Under the pieces are notes generated by a model. The model was given only the letters and a program-made list of their open reading frames with translations, was not told the DNA's origin and did no database searches. Positions 20,969 through 31,444 of a stretch of 64,000 nucleotides of DNA are shown one piece after another; positions within the stretch are counted from its first letter, which is position 1, and every line of letters starts with the position of its first letter. The position numbers and the translations under genes were made by a program. Source of the DNA: an uncultured candidate division Zixibacteria bacterium (GTDB lineage: Bacteria > Zixibacteria > MSB-5A5 > GN15 > FEB-12); NCBI GenBank assembly GCA_963707365.1, contig CAVPPI010000004.1, forward strand, positions 981,469-1,045,468, in the 5' to 3' direction.

Positions 20969-23099
20969 TTATCGCCTTAACACAAACCCCACCAGAGCAA
21001 GCGCGATTATCCCGGCAATACCAATCAGCAGATAATTGAGGCCGATGACAGGAAGTAACACAGCTGTAGAAAATAAGGCTCCGAGCGATGACCCGGCTAT
21101 CTCGAGAGCGTAGCCTGCCCCCCGATTCTCCTTGGACTTGCGTCCGTAATAGAGCCGGGTAGCCCCGACAAACAGCGCTCCGGTCGCCGCCGCCGCTAGT
21201 AACAAGAAGCATGCATGGTAGAAAACCGGAGAAACGAATGTCCCCAACTCAAATGTCAGAAGGAACCCAACCGTGAGAATCAGCAGGAGACTCAGAGCAA
21301 ATCCCGAAACCCTGTCACTTTTGATTCTATAAACGATTGCCGTCCCCAGCGATAATCCCAGCATAAACGCTCCAATCAGAATCGCCAACGCCCAGTACAA
21401 AGAACCCGCATATGACTGAAACACATAGAAAGATATCAGCTCGAGCGATAGAGACACTACCCCGGCCGTAAAGAACAGAAACATCGCGTATCTGCCTTTT
21501 GCACTCCCCGGGAATACAGATGTGACAAACAGGATAATGATAAGTACGGGGAAAATTAATAGCCACAACGGTTGGGTAAGAATCTCGCTGATAACGACGT
21601 GGTCTATGCTGTTAACCTTTGACCTCAATAGAGCCTGAAGATACGGTAGAATTGGTTTGTTGACGCTGTTGACAGCATCCGACATAGCCATCGCGGCGCG
21701 AAGTTGGCCTCTTTTGAGCTCGCCTAACCTGTCACCGAGATAATCGCCTGACACAAATTGCGCGGTATAGGCCAGACTGTCTATACGCGCGACGATGCTG
21801 TCATATGGAAGTCCGAAACGAGACGAGTCCGAAGCAAAGAAGATTGTGCTTGTTCCCGGCCAGGTCTCCACGTAGGCGAATCGCTCGCTGAGAACATTCT
21901 TAATGACAGAGAGTATTTCCCCCTGCTCGTCGCTTATATAGCGATCAGTATCATAGCCGGTCGGTATAACCACCACCCCTCCCGGGTTCAGCCACAGATG
22001 TTCGAAGAACGATGGTGTCACCAGCCTTCCGCTCTTATAAGTGTCAAATGTCCCGGGGTTGATAATTACGATATCGAACGTCCAATGTTCGCTCACTATC
22101 GGCGCGTTCATAATTCCGGCATCCATGTACAGATGTACCGGGTGGTGGTCGGTTGATATGATACCATCGATCACCTCGCTCAACTCTTGACGGGGATCTA
22201 TGGCCATCAGATAGAGTACACCGATACTCTCTGCCAGTTGCGCCACACCGAACTTTGCCCTGCCTATGTAAGCAATATTGCTCGCGCTCGTGATGGTGAT
22301 ACATTAACGCCGGGATCAGAGCGTTCTCCGCTTCCATAACCGACGGATAAACCGCCTCTATGCTATTGTCCGTGAGCAGAACAAGCTCACTCTCCCTTGA
22401 GAGAATTGTCTGACGACCATAGTGCGTGTCAAACGACTTCTCCACCTGATACGGCTTAAATCTCCACCCGTCAGACATCGGCTCCAAATAGCCAAATCCG
22501 ACAATACACGTTGCCACAACCACCACCATTAAAAGCGCCCGCCGCAATCTAAAATTCCACGTTGGAACCGTCAGTACCCATTCCACAAAGGCGACAAGCA
22601 CACCAACGACCACCGCCAATTGTAGCCCCGAAAGCCATGGGCCAATGGCAAAAGCGACAACAAGACCTCCGAGGAAAGCACCCAGACCTTCAAATAAATA
22701 TACCCTGATAATCGACTGCTGCGTTTCCATCTGCTGACGGGCAATCGATGGAAACAGCCATCCGGAAATAAGCCCTACGGGAAGCATCGCGATAATCGAA
22801 ATCAGCGCCGCTTGCGTGAATGGTATTACTTCGCCAACCATATGATTGGTCAGCATGGGTGAAAAACGCACCAGTAGAATCATCACCGGAAGCAACACCG
22901 CCGCACGCCAAAAAAGAGAGTGGGGAGCGCTTCGCTGTCGCCCGCCCAGATACGCACCGACAGCTACCGATATCAACCAGCCGAAAAGCGCCGTTGATAT
23001 AAACAGCTCGTCGCCGTTCAGTGAAGCTACCAACTCCCGCAGCAACAGAACCTGGCCGACGATCGAATATAGACCGAGTAAGAACGCCCGGCGGATCAT
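20969..23099 (-). CDS. spermidine-synthase-like protein flanked by membrane domains, one apparent frameshift near 22250-22275
   Basis: The N-terminal TM block (ORF 22044-23099) runs into nonsense after ...ALMYHHHE. The adjacent frame continues SASNIAYIGRAKFGVAQLAESIGVLYLMAIDP... (ORF 20969-22246). That part has an aminopropyltransferase-like core followed by more TM helices. Confidence 0.6.
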
Positions 23100-24236
23100 T
23101 TAGAAAATCCCCGGTATCTCGTGCTTACAGAACCGACATCTGTTACCGTTGAGATTGAATTCATAAATGGTATATCCCCTGCGGCCAATGACTGTCTTAC
23201 CGCATTTCGGACAATAGGTTGACTCGGAAGGATGCCCTCTGAGATTACCCAGATAAACATACTCTAACCCCTCGGATTTACTGATAGCGTGGGCGGTCTC
23301 CATTGTCTTTTCGGGTGTGGGAGGAAGATTCTTTAGAAGATATTGAGGATAGAACCTTGAAAAATGCAGGGGCGTGTCTGCGCCCAGATAAGTCTTTACC
23401 CATTGCGCAAGTTCCCGAAACTCCTGCTCGGTGTCGTTGAGAGTCGGCACGACCAGATATACAAGCTCCAGCCATACACCCGAGTTCTTTATCTGAATCA
23501 GACGGTCCAGCACCGGCTTCAACTCCCCCCCTACGATGTCTCGATAGTAATCTTCGCGGATGGCTTTGAGATCGACTTTGACAGCATCAAGGTGCGGCAG
23601 AAGCTCGGTCAAAGGCTGCTCTTCGATATAACCGCCGGTAATCATCACCGACTTAATGCCATGCCTATGCCCCAACTCGGCCGTGTCATACATATACTCA
23701 TAAAAAATCACCGGCTCAGAGTAGGTGTAAGCGATCGTCGGTACATTGCGCTGACGGGCCAGATCCACCAGCGTCTCCGGCGGTAGGTCAAGATTGTTCG
23801 TCTGCTCCGGCCGAACCTGCGATATCTCCCAGTTCTGGCAGAACTTGCAGTTGACATTGCATCCCGCCGTGGCAATCGACAGCGCCTTTGTCCCCGGATG
23901 AAAATGAAACAACGGCTTTTTCTCAATCGGGTCGATATTCAACGAACACGACAAACCATAGACAAGCGTGTAATAAGTATCACCGCGGTTCTCCCTCACC
24001 CCGCAGTAGCCGCGCTCAAGGTCGGTAACATAGCAGTGGCGCGGGCAGATGCCGCACTCGATGCCGCCTTCGGGCTTCTTCTTGTAATGCCGCGCCTCGA
24101 CCGATGACAATTTCGTAGTGTAGTCAAAAGCACAGGCATTCTGGATACCGCCCAGAAACTCCGGAAGCAAGTCTGACTGCGTGGCAGCCACCGCCGCGCC
24201 GCAACCAACACATCTTATGAAAGTCCGCCTTTTCAT
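23100..24236 (-). CDS. AmmeMemoRadiSam system radical SAM enzyme with Tat-type leader
   Basis: CNVNCKFCQNWEIS (Cx3Cx2C) is preceded by the extra Cys cluster CGICPRHCYVTDLERGYCGVREN. A C-terminal CPKCG...CRFC is present. The N-terminus MKRRTFIRCVGCGAAVAA is a Tat-type leader. The Memo/AMMECR1 fusion gene is transcribed divergently from it, two genes away. Confidence 0.8.
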   Translation of the reverse strand: MKRRTFIRCVGCGAAVAATQSDLLPEFLGGIQNACAFDYTTKLSSVEARHYKKKPEGGIECGICPRHCYVTDLERGYCGVRENRGDTYYTLVYGLSCSLNIDPIEKKPLFHFHPGTKALSIATAGCNVNCKFCQNWEISQVRPEQTNNLDLPPETLVDLARQRNVPTIAYTYSEPVIFYEYMYDTAELGHRHGIKSVMITGGYIEEQPLTELLPHLDAVKVDLKAIREDYYRDIVGGELKPVLDRLIQIKNSGVWLELVYLVVPTLNDTEQEFRELAQWVKTYLGADTPLHFSRFYPQYLLKNLPPTPEKTMETAHAISKSEGLEYVYLGNLRGHPSESTYCPKCGKTVIGRRGYTIYEFNLNGNRCRFCKHEIPGIF

Positions 24237-24252
24237 CTTATCATCTTACGAC

Positions 24253-25161
24253 TTCACTGCATATTAGCAATGCCAATTCGCACATTCTCAACCTCGATAT
24301 TATCAATCCCGGCTTCGCCCAACCCGATTTCCTGTGCAGCTGCGAGGTATTTCACCGGACGACCTACTTTTTCCAATGGCGGCAACCCCTTGTGTCTTGC
24401 GAATATCTTCCAGAATCTGAAGACCCACGCTATCGCAGGCTACCGGATCCTCCGACATAACCAAACCACCCCAATGATAAACGTAACTACCCACAAAACC
24501 GGGGCCACCGTTATACTGCACCCTGATTGCATCAAGAACAGTCAGCCGGTTTTTCGTCCTGATAGGCTCCAAATCACTCACGTGCGCACAAAACGGATTA
24601 CAGTTATCGCCGTGATATTTATTTGGATTGTGAATCGCTCCATACATGTTTTTCAACCCGGCCGACATTCCCGCCAGCGAATGGTCTTTGAGAATCGGTA
24701 GATTGATATTCACATCGACAATCTCCGTCAGCACCCCGGTCACCAGCGAATTAACCTCACCCGATGTGTAAAACTCGCTGCTGTAGCCGACACCGTTGGT
24801 GTCGGTGCCGAGGCAACGCCGACCGCTAAACGAGGCATTGAGCGTATAGCCCGCCTCTTTCAGCTCGCGATTGGAACGCTCCCACACGACTGTGTTGTTT
24901 TCGGAAACACCGGCCTCTATCAGAAGCTCACGAGAGCGCATCGGCAAGCGCTACCGGTGTGGAGTTCAGACGCCCCGTCAGACAATTGGGCTTCATGCCC
25001 ACCACAGTTGACTTCCCTTTTGAGCCGCCGAGTAACTGGCCGGACAAGTAGTCCTTGCCAAGGGCGTTAAAGCCTGCTATTAGCAAATCCTTATACTGCT
25101 TAGCGCTGAGACCCGACATCAAATCGGCCCCCTGATACCTTACGACAATAACGCGGCTCAT
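24253..25161 (-). CDS. DUF362 domain protein (no signal peptide), two apparent frameshifts (~24940 and the C4 run at 24386-24389)
   Basis: ORFs 24928-25161 and 24303-24947 are consecutive parts of one DUF362-like protein (GMKPNC..., LPILKDHSLAGMSAGLKNMYG). After RKTQG, the adjacent frame reads the sensible tail LPPLEKVGRPVKYLAAAQEIGLGEAGIDNIEVENV. Confidence 0.55.
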
Positions 25162-25253
25162 ATATTAATTATACTACTTTGACTTGCGTAACAACAACAG
25201 TTTTGCGCTTGACGTTATGCCCCGGCAAATGCATTCTTAGATGGAGAACAGAT

Positions 25254-26759
25254 ATGCCAAAATTAATCTCAACACTATTTCTGGCGGCGACTTTACTGGC
25301 CATCTCAAGTAACACGACCGCCGAAATACGAAAGCCGGCTGTAGCCGGTACGTTTTACCCGGCCGACAGCACCACCCTGACCAAAATGGTCTCCGGCCAT
25401 CTGGATGCCGTGAAGGATATTCCTGAGATCGATGGTCAAATACTCGCTCTGGTTGTCCCCCACGCCGGACTGGTCTATTCCGGACCAATCGCCGCATACA
25501 GCTACAAGTTGCTTGAAAACAGCGATATAAATACAGTCATACTTTGCGGACCTTCGCATCGGCTCGGCTTCGATGGCGTCTCGGTCTATGGTCCGGGTGT
25601 CACCTGGCGAACACCGCTCGGCGATGTCGACTGTAATGACGCCATCTGCGAACAACTTATAGCCTATGACAAAGGTATCTCTGTCATATCCGAGGCCCAC
25701 GCCGGCGAACACTGTCTCGAAGTTCAACTGCCTTATCTCCAGACCGCGCTCAGTCAATTCGAAATTGTCCCGGTGCTGATTGGATATCCAAATCACGATA
25801 ATATCACCCGTCTTGAAGGCGCTCTCTCTGACCTGAAGCTGGACAATCACACAATCATGATCGCCTCAAGCGACTGGCAGCACTATCGCCCGGCCTCGCA
25901 GGGATTGAAACTCGACTCGGCCGGCATAGACTGTATCAAGCGACTCGACCCGGATGCTCTCGAGTCCTATCTCAAACAGGGGAAAACCGAGGCCTGCGGC
26001 GGCGCGGCGGTCGTAGCTGTGATGAGATCAGCAATAGCAAAAGGAGCGAACCGCGCAAAGATTCTCAAATATGGCGACTCCGGCGATATGTCCGGCGATA
26101 AAAGCAGTGTCGTCGGATATGCTGCCGCCGTAATATATAAGACCGATGGAAAGGATACTCCCAGACCAACGGAAAAGTCCGGAGGAGAAATTATGAAGAG
26201 TGAATCCTCTCCGAAATTCGAACTTACCGATACCGACCGTCATCAACTGCTCACTATCGCTCGTACATCGATAGATTGCCACCTCAACAAAAAGCCTCTG
26301 CCTGATTTCGATTTATCTCAGACACTCCGCGATAATGGCGCTGCTTTCGTGACACTGACAAAATACGGCCGCCTTCGCGGTTGTATCGGCTACACCGTGG
26401 CGTTCAAACCACTTTGGGAAACTGTTTCTGAATGCGCTGTCAAGGCTGCAACCGAAGACCCTCGTTTCCCGCAGGTTAGAGCAAACGATCTGCCGAACCT
26501 TCATATTGAGATATCAGTGCTGACGCCGTTGGAAAAGGTCAAATCGCTCGATGAAATCAAAGTGGGGCGCGATGGTTTAATGATCTCGATGGGGAGTCGG
26601 CGCGGGCTGCTTCTTCCTCAGGTCGCCACCGAAAACGGCTGGACCGAAACCGAATTTCTCGAGCAGACCTGCCGTAAGGCCGGCCTGCCGGAAAGTGCTT
26701 ACAAATCGCCCAACGCCGTCATCGAACGCTTCCAGGCCGTCATATTCGAAGAAGAATGA
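25254..26759 (+). CDS. fused AmmeMemoRadiSam system protein B (Memo-like) and protein A (AMMECR1) with Sec-type signal peptide
   Basis: The ATG at 25254 follows GGAGA. The leader is MPKLISTLFLAATLLAISSNTTA. The Memo-like half has AGTFYPAD and VVPHAGLVYSGPIAAYSY. The AMMECR1 half has AAFVTLTKYGRLRGCIGY and EDPRFPQV. Confidence 0.8.
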   Translation: MPKLISTLFLAATLLAISSNTTAEIRKPAVAGTFYPADSTTLTKMVSGHLDAVKDIPEIDGQILALVVPHAGLVYSGPIAAYSYKLLENSDINTVILCGPSHRLGFDGVSVYGPGVTWRTPLGDVDCNDAICEQLIAYDKGISVISEAHAGEHCLEVQLPYLQTALSQFEIVPVLIGYPNHDNITRLEGALSDLKLDNHTIMIASSDWQHYRPASQGLKLDSAGIDCIKRLDPDALESYLKQGKTEACGGAAVVAVMRSAIAKGANRAKILKYGDSGDMSGDKSSVVGYAAAVIYKTDGKDTPRPTEKSGGEIMKSESSPKFELTDTDRHQLLTIARTSIDCHLNKKPLPDFDLSQTLRDNGAAFVTLTKYGRLRGCIGYTVAFKPLWETVSECAVKAATEDPRFPQVRANDLPNLHIEISVLTPLEKVKSLDEIKVGRDGLMISMGSRRGLLLPQVATENGWTETEFLEQTCRKAGLPESAYKSPNAVIERFQAVIFEEE

Positions 26760-26765
26760 TTCCTT

Positions 26766-26949
26766 GTAGGCTCACGCCGCGGCGTGAGCGCTACAGAAAC
26801 TTGATCGCACTGGATATCAGTCTGCGTTTGATAAATCAAACGCCTACGGTGACAGCTCAAAATTCCTTGTATTAAAATATCCTTCATGCTCTTACAGCGA
26901 TTTGGCTTCGTTTCCTCATTTTCGTGGCGGGTTCGAAGACGGACCCGCC
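26766..26949. repeat. REP/BIME-like palindrome cluster A
   Basis: Three hairpin units: gtaggctcacgccgcggcgtgagcgctac (26766-26794), gcgtttgataaatcaaacgcctac (26824-26847) and ggcgggttcgaagacggacccgcc (26927-26949). All three families recur at 28.6-31.7 kb. Confidence 0.6.
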
Positions 26950-27254
26950 CGGCAACTTCCAAGATGGATTCCTTTCGTTGATTTTTTCTGAAGAATCACC
27001 ATTTCCCACCGTAACAAACAGCCTCACAGGCGATTGCCGCAGCGCTCGCTCGCGTAGAATAAGTGGCATTGTGCCAGTGTGTCGCATTTCAATTTCTCCA
27101 TTTTTGGACAGACCTCTCCTTTAAAAGCGCGAGGTCATTTTATGGAGGGGTTTTGATTTTTGCTATGGATTGGTAGTGAAAGTGTGGGGCAGTCTTTACA
27201 GAGCTGAAATTTGGGGAATCGGGATCCAATCTTCAGGGACGTGGTCGTCTGGAT

Positions 27255-28308
27255 TCAATGGTATTCAAAAGGCTCAAACTCGTATTGTTCTAAATCTGCT
27301 TGGGCCATCATATGGCTAAAGACATTATTCTTTCTATCGCTACCAAAACCGACTCTCGCACGTTTGAGAGTATTCAGTTTCAAAAGCGGTTGGTATTGGG
27401 CCGGTTCCATGTTATTCGCAGCTATATGAATGAATTCTTCAAGGGCCGGCGCTTTCATTAGCCCACTAACATCCTTTAGGCCTTTCATGGTGTCCAGATA
27501 GACTCGTCTCAACTTGGTCAGGTTGCTCATATCTGGCAACGAAGTTACGTTTCGCAGCGCCTGAAGGTAACCGATACTTGCAGCCCCCTAAGGGTAGAGA
27601 CTACGGACAAATCGCTCAGACCCCTAATCTGCCAGAGTTCCAAATATTTGATACCGTCTATCCGTTCCAGAGCCGAGAGATCTTTGATACCGCCCAGCTT
27701 TATGTCCAGCGACCACAGATTACCCAAGGCCCGAATGAAATCCAGATTTGGAGGGCTCAGCAGAACGCAGTGTCAACTTTTCAAGTCGCTTCAGTTCCGA
27801 AATAGTCTTAATATTCGTCTGCTGTCCGTCGAGATAAAGGCATCTGAGATCTTGAAATCTGTTAAGATACTTGAGGTTCGGTTTCGACGATTTCGTTCTT
27901 TGAATTGTCAAGCCCGCAAGTGACGAGGGAACAAGCGAAAGGAAATCTAGGCTTTCGAGATGGTATATACCTACCGATAGTGTTTCGAGATTCTCCAGCG
28001 CAGCAATATTCTCAAGTCCGGTCACATCTATCAAGCAGTCAGCACAAAAGTGACGCACCTTAGGAATTCGAGTCATAAAAGACAGATCACAAACTGAAGA
28101 ACCACATCCATAAATTCTAATTTCGAGATCCTGCCTGACGATGAGAAGTTCGTTGTTGATTATATCCCAGGTGCTGTTGCTTACCGGTTTATTACACTGG
28201 CAGTACTTTGATTTCGCGGTGGCTTTTGAGCCAGTCTATTTCCTGTTTAGTTAACGTACCATAGAAATTCAATCTGTCTGTTGGAAATTTTGTTCTCGCC
28301 AGTGGCAT
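27255..28308 (-). pseudogene. leucine-rich-repeat protein, disrupted at about 28195, 27725 and 27542
   Basis: A GGAGGA RBS and the ATG at 28308 (MPLARTKF...) open the gene. Successive frames then carry LRR units: LIDVTGLENIAALENLETLSVG, LKRLEKLTL, IKDLSALERIDGIKYLELWQIRGLSDLS and MSNLTKLRRVYLD. GC content is visibly lower than in neighbouring genes. Confidence 0.5.
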
Positions 28309-28479
28309 CGATTCCTCCTTATCAGTCAGCCCCAATATATTAGGTATGCAATTCCCTTCAACCACAACATATAGCCCCCTGTCATAATCCAGATTAATGT
28401 GATTTGCGGGCGGGGGGATTTGCGTATAATATACTGCACAGATGTATAGTATTAACCGATATGGGAAGTTAGAGCAACG

Positions 28480-28766
28480 GGGACTTTCCCCCTCGCCCCC
28501 CGGGAGAGGGTCGGGGTGAGGGGTATGTCGTTCGGACAGATGATGATCCCGCTTCAGCGGGACCGCGCACAAAAACTGCGTCTGTAGGCTCTGCGTCTGT
28601 AGGCTCACGCCGCGGCGTGAGCCTACAAAGGAATCGTTGGAGATAAATGTCAAAACCTCCATCTGACGACGGACCCTGTCGGGTCCGCCGTGGGCGGACT
28701 GGGAAACTGGGGATTTTGACCTACTGAAGAAGGCATAACCGTAGGCGTTTGATTTATCAAACGCAC
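28480..28766. repeat. REP/BIME-like palindrome cluster B
   Basis: The cluster contains a G/C-rich hairpin (ccctc...gaggg) and a tandem 15-nt duplication ctgcgtctgtaggct x2 (28576-28605). It also contains the perfect 28-nt palindrome gtaggctcacgccgcggcgtgagcctac (28599-28626). Further units are ggaccctgtcgggtcc, gtccgccgtgggcggac and gtaggcgtttgatttatcaaacgc (28741-28764). Confidence 0.65.
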
Positions 28767-29116
28767 CATGTTATGCCAAAATGATAACGGGTTGAGGATG
28801 GAAACCAAGACCAAACGCAACAGGTGACGGACAGATGAGACATCTGCGGCGCACGAAACCTCCCCCCGGGGGTGGTCTTCCGCACTTTCCTTACAACATC
28901 TTAGGTGAAAGCGCCCACGGTGCGGTGATAGGAGACCAACGTTGTGAGAAAAGATATGTACTTGAAAAATTATAAAAAAAACAGCGCGAAATGGCTTTCT
29001 GTAATCACGTGAATCAATTACACAAAAACAAGTTGAAGGAATTAAACGTCTTTTGGGGTCCCTTTAAAAAAATAAGCAAACAAAGCCAATTCTCTTCCGA
29101 AACAGGTATACTCGTT

Positions 29117-29266
29117 CCGTCAGGTCCTGCGCCCTTCTGAAGGCGTGTGACCTGACGGTGCAGGATGCGAGGATGGCAAAGATAAAAAGCAAAACCGTAG
29201 GCGGTTGATTTATCAAACACGTCATGTTATGCCAAGACGATAGCGGGTTCGAAGACGAACCCCTAC
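29117..29266. repeat. REP/BIME-like palindrome cluster C
   Basis: A 10-bp stem ccgtcaggtc/gacctgacgg spans 29117-29158. It is followed by gtaggcggttgatttatcaaacac and gggttcgaagacgaacccctac. The same unit order (a near-identical hairpin copy) occurs at 31536-31650. Confidence 0.6.
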
Positions 29267-29285
29267 GAAGGCTGAAAGATAAGCG

Positions 29286-29925
29286 ATGTACACAATCACG
29301 GATTTGAAAAATATACTCGACAAGAAATGGCCCGAAGCTACTTTCAAGACCGCCGATAGCGAAAAATCAGTATTCGGCACCGGTATCGAAGGCTATCGAC
29401 AGTCTCCTCCCCTATGGCGGTATTCCGTTCGGGCAGATGGTCGAAATAACCGGCCCGGTATCATCGGGCAAAACCGGTCTTCTTTATAAAATCATGGCAA
29501 AAATCACGCACGAAGGTTCGGCGGTTTATTTCGACCTGAGCAACTCTTTCTATCCATCGGCCGCTACCTGCTGCGGCGTCAATATCGACCGCCTCGTGGT
29601 GGTCAAGACAGGTGATATTCTCACCGGGGTGCGCACCGCCGAAACTCTTCTATCTCACGGGAAAACATCGTGCGTGATACTCGATCTTATCGATCAGGAA
29701 AAGCCGCTCCCCATGACTTTACTCCACCGTTTTCGCATGCAGACCACCCGGAGCAAAGCGCTGACATTCTTTTTAACCGCAGACGACACCCGGATTATTC
29801 CATCGAGCATCGTCTCCCTGCGCCTTTCCGTAAGAAGGCTCAATCTGCGCCGTGTGGAAATCGAGATCACCAAGAGCAGAATATCAAAAGAGGGCCTTAA
29901 AACCGAGTTGGTGCTTTATGATTAA
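29286..29925 (+). CDS. imuA: ImuA-like RecA-fold protein of the mutagenesis cassette, one apparent frameshift near 29390
   Basis: ORF 29286-29489 ends in nonsense after ...FGTGIE. The next frame reads AIDSLLPYGGIPFGQMVEITGPVSSGKTGLL (P-loop), as in ImuA/SulA-like proteins. Its stop overlaps the imuB start (ATGATTAA). Confidence 0.6.
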
Positions 29926-31429
29926 AGATAGAATAGCCTGCGTGCTTATCCCTGATCTGGCGATGCAGATCTGTCTCATGAAGGATCCATCCCTTTTGGA
30001 CAAACCGCTTGCCCTGACCGAAACCGATAGCGAGGTATCGCCGATCCTCGCCGCAAACAATATTGCCAAAAATGATGGTGTGATGGTCGATATGACAGTG
30101 GCGCAGGCGCGGTCGTACTGTCCGGAGCTGGTCACCCGCCAGGTCTCTCGCAAAACCGAACGGGCAGCCTCGGAAAAGCTCCGCAATATCCTGTTCACGG
30201 CCAGTCCGCTGGTGGAAGAAACCGGACCGGGATGTTTTTTCGTCGATGCCTCGGGCCTTAACTGGCTTTACAAAAACGAGGATGAGTTGGCGGGGCGGCT
30301 GGTTTCGCTTATAAGTTCGCTCAAACTCACGGTACAGATCGGAATCGGCAATAACAAATTTGTCGCCCATGTAGCCGCACTGGTGTCCTCGGTAAATTCG
30401 TTTACAGTCGTAGCGGCTAATGCCGAACGACGGTTTCTGAACAACCTGACTATCGGTTACCTTCCCCTGCCGGATGACCTGCGCGATAAATTCCTGGCGC
30501 TGGGGCTGAAAACTATCGGACAGGTGGCGGCGTTTCCATCGAACGAAATGACCACCCGATTCGGCGAAGAAGGCTCCAGGATATCCCGTCTTTCTAAAGG
30601 CGATGACACCGATTTCTTTCTGCCGCAGTTTTCACAGGTGACACTATCGGCCAGAATTTCTCTGTTCGAACCGCTTGAATCTTCAGGGGCGATTGTTGCT
30701 CACGTGGAGAAAGTTCTGACCGACCTTCTTGAGAAACTTGGCCGGACCGGCCGGGGATGCCGCGCTGTTGATATACAACTTCATCTTGAAAACCAGACGC
30801 ACAAAACTTTGCACCTTGGTCTCAAGGAGATCTCGGATACATCACAAAAATTTATCCGTCTGCTCAACAATCAGGTAAACGGCCTGAGACTGCCGGACAG
30901 GGTGGCGGATATTATTGTAACCATCCCTGAGGTCCTGCCGCTGAAATCATCGCAGCTTGATCTTCTAGGCGCGGGCGGATCGCTTGACACCTCTCCCCTT
31001 TCTGATAACCGCATGGGCGGTAGTTTGCGACAGGTGCAGCTATTGGCTCCCACTGTCAACAACGGCCTTACTCCCGACAGCAACTGCAGTTTTTGTGCGG
31101 TTGATTTGAAACCCAAAGCGAAAAGCGCCGCCGTTGATACCTCGTGGCGTTGTTCTTTTGCTCTCAATCCTATAGCGGGATTGCGGCTTATACAGCCGGC
31201 CCGCAAGGCCACCGTGGCGACCTGTGGCAGGACGCTCAACTCGGTCAAGCTGCGACGTCACACTCGCTCGATAGTCAGGCAAAACGGCCCCTGGGAGTTG
31301 TCCGGAGGATGGTGGCAGTATGGTTTTGACCGGATGTATTACGAGGTTCAGACCGATGACGACCGGTTTTACCTGCTCTATTTTGACCGCCAGGCCTCGG
31401 ATTGGTACGTCCAGGGCGTGTTTGATTGA
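29918..31429 (+). CDS. imuB: ImuB, Y-family DNA-polymerase-like protein
   Basis: The start is the ATG at 29918 (MIKDRIACVLIPDLAMQ...). A UmuC/DinB-like palm region lacks obvious catalytic acidic triad conservation. Its position between imuA and dnaE2 is diagnostic. Confidence 0.75.
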   Translation: MIKDRIACVLIPDLAMQICLMKDPSLLDKPLALTETDSEVSPILAANNIAKNDGVMVDMTVAQARSYCPELVTRQVSRKTERAASEKLRNILFTASPLVEETGPGCFFVDASGLNWLYKNEDELAGRLVSLISSLKLTVQIGIGNNKFVAHVAALVSSVNSFTVVAANAERRFLNNLTIGYLPLPDDLRDKFLALGLKTIGQVAAFPSNEMTTRFGEEGSRISRLSKGDDTDFFLPQFSQVTLSARISLFEPLESSGAIVAHVEKVLTDLLEKLGRTGRGCRAVDIQLHLENQTHKTLHLGLKEISDTSQKFIRLLNNQVNGLRLPDRVADIIVTIPEVLPLKSSQLDLLGAGGSLDTSPLSDNRMGGSLRQVQLLAPTVNNGLTPDSNCSFCAVDLKPKAKSAAVDTSWRCSFALNPIAGLRLIQPARKATVATCGRTLNSVKLRRHTRSIVRQNGPWELSGGWWQYGFDRMYYEVQTDDDRFYLLYFDRQASDWYVQGVFD

Positions 31430-31444
31430 GGGGGGCACAGCGTT

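Noticed and set aside
28800-28960. A GC-rich, hairpin-prone segment (ccaccccc/gggggagg, gcgcccacggtgcg) considered as a small structured RNA gene.
   Set aside because: I could not match it to tRNA, tmRNA, SRP, 6S or RNase P signatures by eye. It lies within the REP-dense spacer, so a degenerate repeat is the simpler explanation. It remains unassigned.
29221-29285. GTTCGAAGACGAAC just upstream of imuA as a LexA/Cheo-type box.
   Set aside because: The spacing is GTTC-N6-GAAC, which is the wrong orientation and spacing for GAAC-N4-GTTC. The sequence is the stem-loop of a REP unit that recurs at 26929 away from any SOS gene.
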